Counted from the first letter of the stretch, positions 27,088-41,059 are shown. The stretch: 64,000 nt of DNA from Octopus vulgaris (GCA_951406725.2 OX597816.1:90892001-90956000); one strand, 5' to 3'. Made by a program: numbers and translations. The notes: generated by a model from the sequence alone, not told the origin.

Positions 27088-27159
27088 GCACTTAAATGAC
27101 ATTGGAGATTTTGATAACTTGCCGCACTGAAATGACCTTGGAGATTTTGATAACTTGCA
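27088..27159. repeat. Tandem duplication, 36-bp unit x2
   Basis: GCACTTAAATGACATTGGAGATTTTGATAACTTGCC repeated with few mismatches. Confidence 0.85.
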
Positions 27160-29234
27160 CGAAGTAGACACAATTTTCAAAAACAAATCATAGAATTCAA
27201 ATACAAATCGTTGAATGCAGTGGATAAAATCAACTATCTCCTATTAAAAAATTGCCATTCATAATATCTATTTGTTATCTCTTATGTATAGTTAACAAAA
27301 ACATAAAAATAGATTTTGAAGCGAATATTGTTCATATTTCTTGTATTCCACCTTCACACTCTCGTCTAACTTGTTTTTCTTTCACGTGATTGACTTTATG
27401 AATAAGTACGTTTTGCACTTACCCAACAATATATTTTGATTTCTTCCCACCCCTATGTTCTAGAATACCTTCTCAATAAAAGGGACATTTCTTACCATTT
27501 TTATACATGTCTCGCATTATCAATCCATGAAAAGTTACAAAAAAAGCACAAGAAAATTCAATAAATCACTGATCTCTTGCTTTATGTTTCATTATTTTCC
27601 TCAAGATATTTAATAAAACGTGATTTTCTTTTCAAATACGTGTAGCACCATTATATAAATTGCGTAGTCATTGTGTATTATAAGAGACATAAAATATTAT
27701 TTGCTTAATTACATTTAACTGTTATTTATGGTATTTAAATGAAATGAGATTTTATCCAATGACATTTTCTTCACCAACATTGTCGATATTTTTTTTTACT
27801 TTGATTTCCTGTGCTTTATTTCTATTCAACCGCATTACTGCCCCAACTCATTATGTATCCCTCAGCACAAACTTCTCACCTACTGTCATTTTTGTTTAAA
27901 TTTGATCACGAGTTAAAATCATATTTTTCTTTTTTTGTTATATGATCTCTTTTCTATTAAATTACTTTTTCTTGCACTTTCATGGCAAATTGCGATGACA
28001 CTTTTATTTCTTATTTACCAACTCTTCCAAAATGCTATATATTTTTTGTTCCATTAGTGACACATTTTTTTATTACCGATGTCTCGACTGTCATTTGCTT
28101 CGTTCGTCGACAATACAATTTTATATCTGGCCTCATCCTTCAAATTCCTTCAATCTCCACATATCATCAATAGGTAACCCAGATGTGACCACCTACGAAT
28201 ATCACACACACAAGTAAAGAGTTCATAATTAATCACTAACAGCAAAATATCAAGGAACGCTCGCTAGATTGCATATATTTTTAAACAACAGAAATATTAC
28301 TTAATATTTTAAATATTGTATTATAGTACAAACCTTATTTAAAATCCCAATTTACTACACAAAAAAACAATATCAATTATATTGACTATTACATGTTTTT
28401 CAGTTTTCGTTCTGCGTTTATCGATAGTCCATAAATTAACATATCAATTAGAAACTCTATGTCGCAAAGAAAATATTGTCTCACACAACTGAAACAATTT
28501 CGTATCACCCATGGAGTTGTATTTGATTTTCAACGTATCACGCCAGGGATGGAATATATTATCGTTAGTAGTATTCAAGTAAATCCAGACTAGAAAATCC
28601 ATCGAAATATAAAGTTTTCCTTACAAACTGAATAAACAATACACAGAAAACAACAGAAAATAAGAGTAGAAATATGTAAACAATAAAATATAGCATATAT
28701 ATATAGATATATTTATATATATATATATGAATAATATATGAATGTATGCATATACACATACATATATGTACATACCTACATATATATGTATATATACATG
28801 CATATATGGGTACCAGACGTTGAACACAATGAGAAATTAAAACATAAAAACAAAAACAAAGAAACGAGACATACAACATAAAGAATATTCCCCTTCTTCA
28901 GTTGTCCCTGTTTCATCTACTCCGCATTTCGAATGGTCTGTTTACTTCATATGTGGCTTATCGGATCGGGATAATTTAAAATGTGTGGATGTCTCCATTC
29001 TTTCCAGCCACGTTCTCTCCTCATCTAGTAGGCGATATAAACTGCCCCGACCGTATATAAAGATTGTATTCCCATTGAATTGTTCATATTTTGATGACTA
29101 ACCTGAAGAAGATTTTGCGTAGAGGATAGAATTCCCTTTTATTTATTGTGCAATTTTGAGAAACGTATGCATTAAAAAACATTCATTATCACACACACAC
29201 ACACACACACACACACATCTATATATTCTGATCT

Positions 29235-29535
29235 GGCTCTCTGTCGGTTACAACGAATGTTCCGGTTGATTCGATTAACGAAACGCACGGCTTGTGAAAT
29301 TAATGTGCAAGTGACTCATAACACCACACGCGTGCACGCGCGCGTGTGTATCCTTATTATAGTTCTCAAGGAGATTCAGAGTGACACAAAGTTGGCTCTT
29401 TGAATCACTGGTACATCTCATCTTTCCACATGAGTGAACTGGAGCAACGTGAAATAAAGTGTTTTGCTCAAGGACACAACGCGCTGCCGGAAGTCGAAAT
29501 CACAACTTTACGATCGTGAGCTGAATACCCCAACT
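29235..29535 (-). mobile_element. tRNA-headed SINE (D-type head/core plus tail X)
   Basis: Core TTGTGTCCTTGAGCAAAACACTTTATTTCACGTTGCTCCAG as at 56860; tail as at 52255-52430. Confidence 0.7.
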
Positions 29536-29553
29536 ACTATATATAATAAAATA

Positions 29554-29603
<50 letters not shown>

Positions 29604-29679
29604 ACACACACACACACACACATATATATATGAATATTTATACCTAAAGGTACGTTATCGTATTGTTACCATATGCGTT

Positions 29680-29710
<31 letters not shown>

Positions 29711-30032
29711 ATTCATAAATTAGCAATATAGATAGTAAAGACAAAGCAAATTATAAAAAATTTGATGGAAGCAGACACAAACTTCCTTCTGTGTTTATCC
29801 CTATTTTTCTAAATACTTTTTCTTATATAATAAATAATTTTTAATTTAAGAGAATTACTTTCTAAAAATCGTGACAGTGTCAAATAATTTTTTAAAAAAT
29901 GTTTTAAAATATTTATCGATCTATCTGCTCCGCCTACTATTTCTGTGAGGATCGAGGACGTAAACATCCTCAGGACCTCCACTATAGGAATCGCTTTGAA
30001 GCAGCACTCATTAAATTTTTCAAAACGTGACC

Positions 30033-30645
30033 GGATCTTTACCTTTTGACCGACAGATTTAAAAAATAATTTTTTGTAACTAAATACTTTCAAACTTCGG
30101 ACACTGGTAGAATTTGTCATATAAAACATCTTTTACTCTTCGCAATTCTGAGAAAAGCTTATATTTAGGAAGTTATTTAACGTTAAAGTTGTAGTATATC
30201 AGTAATTTCAACCAATGACGTGTATTCAGCTGAATAAAATTGCTGCCGTTGTTTGTCAACAACTATCGGCGGTGTATATTTCGTTTGTCACTGTTATTTA
30301 TGACATCGTTTGTGCGTCCGTACTGGTTTTAACTGTAAGGTTTTAGCGTTATGGTTAGGGTGTTAGGGTTAGGGTTGTCATAAATAACAGTGACAAACGA
30401 AATATACACAGCCGGAAGTTCTTGTTGACAAACAACGGCAGTAATTTTATTCAGCTGAATATACTTCATTAATTAGTTGAAATTACCGAAATACTACAAC
30501 TTTAACGTGAAATCACTTCCTAAATATAAGCTTTTCTCAAAAACGCTAAGAGTAAAAGCTGTTTTATATGACACATTCTACCAGTGTCCGAAGTTTGAAA
30601 GTGTTTAGTTATTTTTTAAATCTGTCGGTCAAAAGGTAAAGATCC
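30033..30645. mobile_element. Fold-back MITE with ~270-bp TIRs, 8-bp TSD and TTAGGG-containing spacer (Merlin-like)
   Basis: Arms 30033-30305 and 30376-30645; termini GGATC...GATCC; perfect TSD ACGTGACC at 30025-30032 and 30646-30653. Confidence 0.9.
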
Positions 30646-31162
30646 ACGTGACCAACTGAGACTACGGTTATTATCCAACCTTCACGTTTTTGGTCTACTC
30701 TGAGGTTTTCTGTCTGCTCACTTGGCTGGAAGAATCCGTCTTTTGACCCTAATCCAGTGTCCATTGTACAGGAACTGTGACTTTTCGATACGAAGAAGCG
30801 GATCGACCTGGAGAAACTCACTGACCTCCGAGCTACACAGAGAACTTTCGAAGGAACTTCATTTCGGTCACATGCATTCGCGATCGTATTCTATTAGCCA
30901 CTATCCAACATTTAGAATCATATCTGAAGATAGGGAAAAACTAAACTGAAGATAGTGAGTTTTTTTTTTTTTACCAACCTCTCCTCTTCTAGGGATCGAA
31001 TGCTGGATCTGGCGCATTACTGTGCCAGTACTGAGATATTTAAACGCCTCTGCTTTTTTCGGTGATCATTCACTAACTCGCAGACTGCACTTGAAAGACG
31101 TTCTTAAGAGGATCAATGTCTAAGTCTTCGCAACGCTAACTTTCATCTTTGTATAAGCAGGT

Positions 31163-31293
<131 letters not shown>

Positions 31294-31749
31294 GATATGG
31301 ATTCAGAGAATCGTGTGGTTCTGCTTTCCAGTTTTAGCCAGATTCCAGGGTTACTGGATTTAAGTGACCCAGTCTGTATACAAACATTCATTCATTTATT
31401 CATTCATTGATAATACATACATGTGTGCATATGTACGTATGTATGTGTGTATGTATATATGTGTGTATGCGAATGTTTGCCTATCTAGCTATCTAGCTAT
31501 ACTTACAGTCGTCATTTGTGCATGATCTTGCAGCATGTTTTACATACTTTAGGTGCCTTTCTAGCTATGAGCAAAGACACTGTATCCGCTCTCCAACACT
31601 TGACCTTGGGGAACATCGGCGGTGTGACAGCTGGAGGAGAGAGCTACTTATTTGTAGTTGATAAGATTAGATCAACATGAAATAAATGCTTTGCTCAATG
31701 ACGGCCCAGAGTTTGTACCCGCCTTCAATAATAATAATAATAATAATAA

Positions 31750-31955
31750 TAGTTTCAAATTTTGCCACAAGGGCAGCCATTTTGGGAGAGGGGATGAGTC
31801 GATTACATCGACCCCAGTGTTTCACTTAATTTATCGACCCTGAAAGGATGAGAGGTAAAGTAGACTTCGGCGGAATTTGAACTCAGAACGTAACGACGAG
31901 CGAAATACCGCTTAGCATTTCATCCAGCGTGCTAACTATTCTGCCAGCTCGCCTC
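31750..31955 (-). mobile_element. SINE family A within (TAA)n
   Basis: Homology; TAA runs on both sides. Confidence 0.85.
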
Positions 31956-31956
31956 C

Positions 31957-32003
<47 letters not shown>

Positions 32004-32007
<4 letters not shown>

Positions 32008-32196
32008 TCTGCTATAGGTACCAGGCCTGAAATTTTGGGGAAGAGGGCTAGTCAGATACTTCGACACCAGTGGTACTTATTTCAACGACCCCGAAAGTCG
32101 ACGGAATTTGAACTCAGAACATAGCAGAACGTAAGAAATGCCGTTAAGCATTTTGTCCGGCGTGCTAACGAGTCTACGATTCTACCAGCTCACCGC

Positions 32197-32197
<1 letters not shown>
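32004..32197 (-). mobile_element. SINE family A within (TAA)n
   Basis: Homology; TAA runs on both sides. Confidence 0.85.
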
Positions 32198-32250
<53 letters not shown>

Positions 32251-32452
32251 GACAATGATTCAGCAAATTTCCTTTCAATCATTCCTATTTGCTGTTTTCT
32301 GATATACTACTGGATCTTCTACTGTAACGGGAGATTCATTATCTTGGAAAAGAATTTGTGCGGGAGTTTGTGTATATTTATTATTCTTTTAAATGTATAT
32401 GTACATATCTATCAAGCCAGTTTAGATAAGATTTTATTGTAAATTAACTGCT

Positions 32453-32633
32453 GAAGTCGTAAACTGGTAGAATCGTTAGCATACTGGACAAGATGCTTTG
32501 TGGTATTTCGTCCGTCTTTACATTCTGAGTTCAAATTCCACCGTGATCGATTTTGCCTTTGTACCAATTGAGCACTGTAATTGACTAGCCCTTCCCCTCA
32601 AAATTTCCGGCTTTTGCTAAAATTAGAAAGAAT
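32453..32633 (+). mobile_element. SINE family A
   Basis: Homology to other copies. Confidence 0.8.
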
Positions 32634-35600
32634 TATAAAGTAACAAGTCGAATGAAATAAATATGGTACATACTGTTGGTACATTATATGAAGTGGTCTG
32701 AATGTGTTTTTATTGGTGTAGTCCTATTCATTAGAACGATGAAGCTAAGGAAAAAGGGAAAGAAAGAGAAAAATTAAAATAGAGAAAGTGATTTTTAAAA
32801 AAAGCAAAAACAAAAACGAAAGTTCTGAAGAGATGAACGGATTTTCAGTACTTTGAAAACAGAGAGATATAACTATGAAACGAGGTAGAGTAAGCAGATC
32901 TTACCCAACTTATCTACCCAAACAAAATCAGGCAACGAAGCAGGGAACAAACATGAGAAACGGTGCAATACCGCTAAAAACACGACAGACCTGGAGAGAG
33001 AGACAAAAAAAAAAATACCAGAATTGGAGAGGAAAGAGAGGGTGACAGAGAGGAAAGAGAGAGGGGTAGGCTTCTAAAAGCAAGTAATAGCAATACAGTG
33101 TTTTCATGGTTATTGACATAAGTGGCGTATGTTCTTTTGAAAAATAATAATGCTATTTATACACTAAAAATTCATAAATATACGAAATAGTGTTGTAACG
33201 TTGTCAACGCTGACATGTAGCCACTCGATAATTGTAACTAGCTATTTAAATAAGAATGTATGTGTGTTGTGTATAGCCTGTGCCTATGCATGCATGCGTA
33301 CACGCATGTATGTAGATAGACTCATATATTCTTCAAGTTTGATATCAGGATGCTTCATAAGCTAGTTAGCTGATTTTCTAGTTCGTTTTTTTTTCTTTCC
33401 TAGTTATACATCCTTGCTTTCTATGTCCAGTTGCTGTCCCATGGTTTCTGGTTGGATTGGATTCCTGACACAGGGACTAACAGCATCCAAGTATGGAAAG
33501 TGCGTAATAAATTCGACGTCGATTTTCGCATCTACTATGTTTTCTATTCAGTACAGTTTCTGAAATATTTCTCCAAACCACAATGCAACTTTTACTAATA
33601 TCATCGAATATTTGTGTATCATTTTGAACAATATCGGTACGTAATTATTAGAGCCTGCGTATACTGAAATCATGAAATGTGGTATGGTGGGTGTGAACTA
33701 TTTCGGCAGATGAACTTAGTGAGTCGTTGGCGAATATCACTAGATGCTGAGCGGATGAACAGACAACAAACTGTCGCCGACTTGGATCAACCAGTTCAGT
33801 TACTGAACTACTGCTATCGTCTGTAATCGTGGCGTGTGCAGACAAGATGTTAATGCTGGCGAAAGACCAATGTGGCTAAAATTCAGGCCAAACATTCAAT
33901 TCTCATCGCTCAATCGGAACGTCTGGTGTAGAAGAGTTATATTGATCCGAGTAAATCGTCCAACCTTGATGGATTATGAAATTATTGGACATCTTCTCCT
34001 CCACCTTGATATCTATTCATACTATGATGCATGTAGGTACAAGCATAGATAGTCTGTAGAATCTGTCTTTTCTTTATATTACTCATTAATTCGACATTAA
34101 CAACTGCCTTTCATTGAGGTGAAAAGTGATACAGTTGTAATCGAAAGCTTATACATGTATTTATTTTCAGCTGCTTTAAGACTCACAGGAAAATATATAT
34201 GAACGGTAGTTCAACTTCAGCTAAGTCAATAAACACTTACCTTGTGCGCATGCCTTCCTAGATTGTATAATTATTACAAATCTCTGAAAATTTCATCGCC
34301 ATCTAATATTTTATAAAATCTATGGAACTGTCTTCAGTTTCTTCACTTTTCCTCCTTATTCTACTTTTCCTTCTATAAATAATTTATGCCATTATTCTGA
34401 ATCAACAGATATTTAATAAACAAATTGACATGCCAAACCGAGTTACATTGTGACTAATACTATAATTACTTGTACGGGTTCAGGTTCAAAGGTTACTGGA
34501 AATAGTTCATTAAAAAGAAATAAACTTAATTTATCCATGATTCAACTTTACATGTAATTTTATAATTTGTGATTTCCCTCATAAAAACAGAAATTAATTT
34601 CTTATCTGCTCATTTAAGTATGTTTTGTTACGCAATCCCAATGTTAACCATTGTCTTTGAATAAATAAATAAATAAAAACACTGAACCTATTAGATAGTG
34701 AAACAGGCAAGTATCTGAAGATACCCATCAAATTAGGAATTCAAAGTTGGGTTCGGTGGAAAACTCTAATTAGATTTTATGCTGTATGAATTCGATGATA
34801 ACAAAGAAGACTGGCATGATAAACATGTCGATATATTATTTTTAGGGCTAGTAATACTTCTATGTTCTGTTATCTGTATATTTATTTCTGTTTAGTGACA
34901 CTTCCTCTGACCCATGTTTCATTTTACGTCATCCATTTTAAATATATCTTATCAGATGCTGCACTTGTTTCACTGACCATAAATGATTTCTGTTTACCTA
35001 TTGTATTACATTTCATATCTTGAATTAAGATGAAATCTGATGTAACTCTAGTTAGAATTTCAGAGGGTAGTCATTCTTTTATGAACATTAGGTTTTCTCA
35101 GGTGATCATTGGTCGTAAAATCTTTGGGTGAAGATAAGGCATTTTCATTTGTTTATTTATTAAAGCACTATCTTTCATTTGATCTTCAATGACATTAGAC
35201 AGTAATTTGACATGATCATTTCGCCTGTGTTACTGCTGAAGTTATTTGATATGTATCTAGTTTATATTCTTTCTGCGTGACGATATGTGACGAGCGTTTC
35301 AAAACAATGTGTTGGTACTGCCTTTATATTCAAACGGAAATAGCCACATGTATCCCATTTCTTCTATAGCTGCAGACTTCACTAACTTTCTACGCAATCT
35401 CGTAAACACATTTATACACACAAAAGATGTCTTTGTGTGTTTTGTGAGTAATGCCTGAGGAAGCACTTATATTTTATAGTGCTTACTTACTTTAACAAAA
35501 GTCCAATATATTACTTTCTAATTTTAATTGTTCAAGACAAAGAGAAAAAATTGTTAAAAACAAGTAATTTGCTTAAATAAATACATCAAATGTTTAATAT

Positions 35601-35718
35601 ACTACATATATTCAAAATACATAGGCATCTCAGTTAATATTTTTATCATTTCTATTAAAGATTTCCTCGCCCCAGTTCATAAGTTTGGATTTGATGATAT
35701 CTAAGCGGGTGAGTTACA

Positions 35719-35730
35719 TCTCTCTCTCTC

Positions 35731-35774
<44 letters not shown>

Positions 35775-35811
35775 TCTGTGTCTCTCTCTGTCTCTCTCTC
35801 TCTCTCTCTCT
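35719..35811. repeat. (TC)n/(TCTG)n microsatellite
   Basis: Direct reading. Confidence 0.95.
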
Positions 35812-38800
35812 GTTAGATGTCAACCCATCGTTGGTATAGGAACAGAATTAACAAATATCCTGTCAATGTTACAGTATTACTATTCATCCATCAATAGATT
35901 GTACCAGTCTGTCTCAGACGTCTATCTAAGTAGACTGTATCGACTCGGTTGACTTCACAACGAACAATTACAGATAACGGAACACCAGCCTTTCATCCAT
36001 TTGTCCGGTACACTACAAGGTTTTCTCCGGTGGTGTTCAGGAAATGATAAATTATGAAAGGCAAATTGCTAGCCGTTTTAAAATGAAATTTTGCTTGAAT
36101 AATTTTGCTAAACACATAAAATAATTTACCATTTTCTTGTCCTGAACATATTTGTTAATCAACAATGTGATTATATAGTCTAACTCATTATAGTTTGATA
36201 ATGATGCTTTTCATTTTCATGTGGAATCCACTTTACAGCCAGGTTGCATGATAATATTAATGATAATACGACCTGGCTGTATTTAGAAAATATTTCTGTC
36301 GAAGTGTGATATTGACTTTACTACTTTGAGTTCGAACCCTTGAATGGAATATAAAAATATGAAAATACAGGAAATGTAATTTGTTTCCAAAGATGTACTG
36401 GAATAAACGAAATTGAAATAAACAGCATTCATATTTATCTTTCAATTTACTCAGACTCTTTGTTAATAATTTACTGTTTATTCAGGCGTAGTAAAAAGAA
36501 CATAAAACATATAATAGAATGTAAATTGAATAAATGAATGAATTTTTATTGTTGATGTTATTGTTTCGCTCTATTTTCACGAACACCACCATTTCAATTT
36601 TACTTGCTTTTACAGTTTTCTAAGACGGCGTGACTATGTCAGAAACAATTATTCTGTCTTACCGAAAGTTACATTTTATCATGCATCTCTTACTAAAGAT
36701 TAGAAATCTTGCTAGCTCTAAATGAATATTTCAAGGTGTCATTTTTAGAAAGCGGACAGGCTACTGGGATAGCAGAGATAACCTATGTTGACCCAGAGAT
36801 TTGGCTAACTACGTTCGAGACAAACCATACAAAGGTCAAATCATTGCGAAGAAGGATCAGGTCATGAGATGGAGATACCTGAAAATTATACATCTCCTGT
36901 ACTACTTACTGTGAATAAGAACTTTATATCGCTTACAAAGCTAACATGAATGCCAACAGATCCTTACTGTCAATTAGTTTTATAACTGTGAAAGATAGTG
37001 GCTGTCAATTTGAAATCAGATAAGATTTTGATTATTGCGGTAGTAGTATGTCATTTTATAAATACCTAAACGGAACATTAACATGTCGAATAGCTTTCAG
37101 TAAGTTCACAAAAGTGAAATAGTTTCTGCTGTTTCATCGAGACAGAATGAAAATCAATTAGATACACTCTATGCCTAAAATGTGTAGCTTTGTATTAAAC
37201 TGAGAAACTTTTTTTTAAACTTGATGATGAATGACCGAATCAATGAAGTGTCTAACAATATTGCTTTACATTATTTTATATGTCCTTTTATATTGTAAGT
37301 TCAGATATTGTTAAGGTCGACATTGTATTTTATCTCCGTAAGGCTGAGAAAAAAGTTTAAAAAAAGTCAAATATATGTGGCCAAATAAATTTGTGTATAG
37401 TCTTGTGTTAATGCTAAAAATAATAGGTAATTTCTGTTAAAGATTTACTTATTTTTTTGGTTTCTATTAAAAGTATTTAGAGTTGCCGATATTTACTTCT
37501 GACCTATATAGTCATAAGGTCAGAGCTAATTCGCATTTTCAAGGTATTCGGACTGAGAGTACAATGTCTGCAACTTGAATCTACTTCTGGGTATCACAGA
37601 CACTCATTTTTAGCTGAGTGCACCGTGTCAACGTGAAACAAAATGTCTTGATGAAGAATATAGCTAGCTACTCGGATCAGGAATCGAATCCAACACCTAA
37701 CGATCCTGAGACCAAAATCTTTCAAAGTAAAAACATTAGCATTCATTTACTCAGTATTTTAAGTGACTTCATATTCTGTGAGTTTTCCCCACGATCTGTA
37801 TAGATTTCAATTGAAGTAGTATTTCGACTCGAGATTTATTGATATACATACATGCACATAGTCATAAGTACATACACACATGTATGTATGTATGTATGTA
37901 TGTATGTATGTATGTATGTATGTGATTGTGTATGTGTGAACGAATGTGTGTGTGTATGTGTGTATGTGTGTGTGAGAGTATGCATGGAGGTGTATATATG
38001 TATATTGACAAATACAAAGTGAGAAAAATTTATTGGCATAAACTTATATCAATCGGTGCATACATACTGGAATTTTAACAGGTTTTTGATTATCTGTTTC
38101 TAATCAATAGAATTTTCCCATAGAAACTATTTTGTATATTATATCTATAATTATCATTTGTTGATTGTTACTCCAGATATTGAACACAAAAATATTTTGC
38201 TAAAGCAGCTGCGGAATTTAGAACAAGGTAATTGTCTTGTCAGCTAGTGCTTTAAACCACTTATCAGATGGTCACTGATTCAACTTTTCTTTGGAAGAAG
38301 AGTAGTTTTAGGACGTCTGGTTTTCTTTTCTTAACCTATTCCTGTCATTCAGAAGGGGAAAAAAATCTTCCTCACATTCATTTTTTATCAAGTAAATCCA
38401 GGTTATGAAGTTACAAATGTTGACGTTTACCGGTACGTGTTTAACAAGGAAAGTGGAAATTGCAACAAATATATCGAATGAATAGATAGACAGTTGCAAA
38501 CGTACAGAAATCTAACCACTAGATGCCTTCTTTTATTTTATGCAAGTATCGTGTAGTGACCATTTGCAATGATTGTAATGACATAAAAACAAATGGGATA
38601 CAGAATAGTCCTGTGATCACAGTATTTTATTTAATTGAACATAAAATCTAAATTCGATGTTTGATAATCACAAATAAATGATTGTTATTTACGCTAGTAA
38701 ACCTATGAATTGCATACATTGATTAATCCACCTTGTTGGAAAATCTGAGTTATTTTCTGAGTTATTTTCGACCTTTCGTCACATGTCAAAACCTCTTTTT

Positions 38801-38991
38801 AACATTAAATGCATCTTCCTGTTGCTTGCGATGTTTTGAACAATTAACTGTTATTTATTCTCTTATTGCCACTAGTGTTTACAATCGTCGAACTCAGAAT
38901 AGCTGTTTGTAACCTTTATGCATGGATTTATAATTTTACTTAACACACACGCACGAACAACATATAGACACACACTCATGCAAATCTAATT

Positions 38992-39195
38992 TCATTATCA
39001 TCCGGTCGTGCTTATTGCACGGCTTGCTGTGACTCGTTCACGCTATTCTGTTCGGTCTGCCATTGCACATGGTAGGTCTTTTCGGTTGCATTCGGAGTCC
39101 TCCCACAGTTGCTTTATATAGCTTCAATGTGGTCTGCAACATTTGCTGCGGTTCTGTCAAATCCAATTTACGTGTAAAGTATTCCAAACATTTTC
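38992..39195 (-). mobile_element. RTE-clade LINE 3' end remnant
   Basis: Minus-strand YIKQLWEDSECNRKDLPCAMADRTE*RERVTASRAIST followed by a TGATAATGA tail; matches the RTE ORF end pattern (AM.DR..WR.RV). Confidence 0.6.
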
Positions 39196-39244
39196 CATTC
39201 GCATTTCTGGCAATGATAACATACATGATTACTTATGATCACAA

Positions 39245-39389
<145 letters not shown>

Positions 39390-39411
39390 CAACAATAACA
39401 ACAATAATAAA

Positions 39412-39958
39412 TGCGCTGATGCAGTACCATTCAGTGGCACTCATGGCTTTTGATATTAAATGATCGCAAGTGTTATCATGTACATTGTTTTGTCTTGTTA
39501 TAAAAGCTGGGCTACACCAAATATTCTGCTCAATACAACAGATTTGCTTGTTAGTTGCCTGACCTTAACCAGTTGAACATGTCCCTTAGTGGCTGACAAT
39601 ATCTCTAATCACGAGCCAAAATTGTGGGGGAACATCATAGCCATGTTGAGAGGAATTCTTTGAGATTTGAATAATTCATCTCTGGAAACATGATTGTTTT
39701 GTTCATCATTCTTAAATAAATCTTATTCAGGGACCTTTTGAGCGGGATGGGCTACTTGACCAGAAGAAAATTCTAACTGGGCTCCACCTGCAAGGTCATG
39801 CGCTGTTTATCTTGATATGAGATCACCATGTCGCGCACATATGGTTGTGATGCATGTGCCTGGAGTACCCTTATCAGACAGGTAGTCATGATAGGTATAC
39901 TGGGTTTCGTATATTTTACCCCAGTGTCACTTTGATGGCATGCACTGCTCTCTCACTC

Positions 39959-39959
<1 letters not shown>
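39412..39959 (+). mobile_element. ~550-bp non-coding (TAA)n-associated retroposon-like repeat
   Basis: Collinear with 41057-41605 and 57672-58157 (minus); ends CTCTCTCACTC+(AAT)n. Confidence 0.85.
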
Positions 39960-39988
<29 letters not shown>

Positions 39989-39990
<2 letters not shown>

Positions 39991-40999
39991 ATTTGCCTGG
40001 ACTGTATCGAAGCAGAGGCAAAAAGCTTAGGGTGGTATATAAAAAATTTCCGTGAAGCCACTGTTGAAACACGAAGAAGGCTGGCGTCATCAAAACTGAA
40101 AATTGTGTAACGAAAGAAAAATTTAAACAAGAAAGAAACAAATAAAAAGAAAAAGCATGGAAGGAAAAATAATATACGGTCAGTTTGCAAGAGATGTGAA
40201 CGCCAAGACAAATACAAAGGGTTTTGGATGAGGAGGAGTGACCTGAAGGTAGAGACAGAAGTACTCATATGCGCAGCTCAGGAACAAGCCCATTTTTATA
40301 CCAAGTGCAGAATAGACAACATTGCCGATAGCGACAAATGCAGAATATGTGATGAGAGGGGTGAAACGCTATGACACATCGTTAGCGAATGCCCGAAATT
40401 GGCACAACGCGAATACAAAACAAGCCATGACAATGTGGCAAGAATGATCCATTGGAAGCTCTCTGGAAATCACGGCCTACAAAGAGCAAAGACATGGTAT
40501 GAGCAAACTCCAGAAACAATCAACGAAAATGAGAATTGCAAAATCCTGTGGGATGCAATAATCCAGTGCGATCACCCGACCTGACATCGGAAACTGGACA
40601 TCGTTGCGGTGAATAAAAAAGAAAAAAACATGTATGATAATCGACATAGCATGCTCCGGTGACAACAGGATCAATGTGAGAATAGAAGACAAAATAAACA
40701 ACAATGACGATTTGAAGTGGGAAATACGAAGGTTGCGGTCAATGAAGAGAGTAGTCGTGATACCAATAGTAATTGGTGCACTTGGAAGTATCAGCACTCA
40801 ACTACCAATATAGCTGAAAAAAGATTGGTGGAAGTGTGAAGGTAGAATACCTACAAAATCAGCATTGCTTGGAACTGCAAGAATTCTGCGCAGAGTTCTT
40901 GAAGCATGACCAGTAAACAAGTGTCACCTTAGTCTACTGGCTGTGGACAGCTGACACTTTCCATCACACCCAGCAAAATAAGCTGTAAGTTTTCATATG

Positions 41000-41000
<1 letters not shown>
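39989..41000 (+). mobile_element. 5'-truncated R4/Dong-clade non-LTR retrotransposon (zinc knuckle plus restriction-like endonuclease), pseudogenised
   Basis: CRICDERGETL*HIVSECP (CCHC), HDNVARMIHWKL, RKLDIV..CMIIDIAC (PD..D), VIPIVIGALG, SALLGTARILRRVLEA* (stop 40907-40909); (TAA)n on both sides. Confidence 0.9.

Positions 41001-41056
<56 letters not shown>

Positions 41057-41059
<3 letters not shown>

Noticed and set aside
30343-30374. TTAGGG as evidence of a chromosome end
   Set aside because: Only three perfect units, internal to a TSD-flanked MITE
33648-34020. Possible reverse-transcriptase remnant (RRQFVV, FAND)
   Set aside because: Too degenerate to assign without a profile search
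34241-36878. Minus-strand exon-like segments (34241-34283, ~36663-36878) with GTAAG donors
   Set aside because: No coherent reading frame; such signals arise by chance in AT-rich DNA
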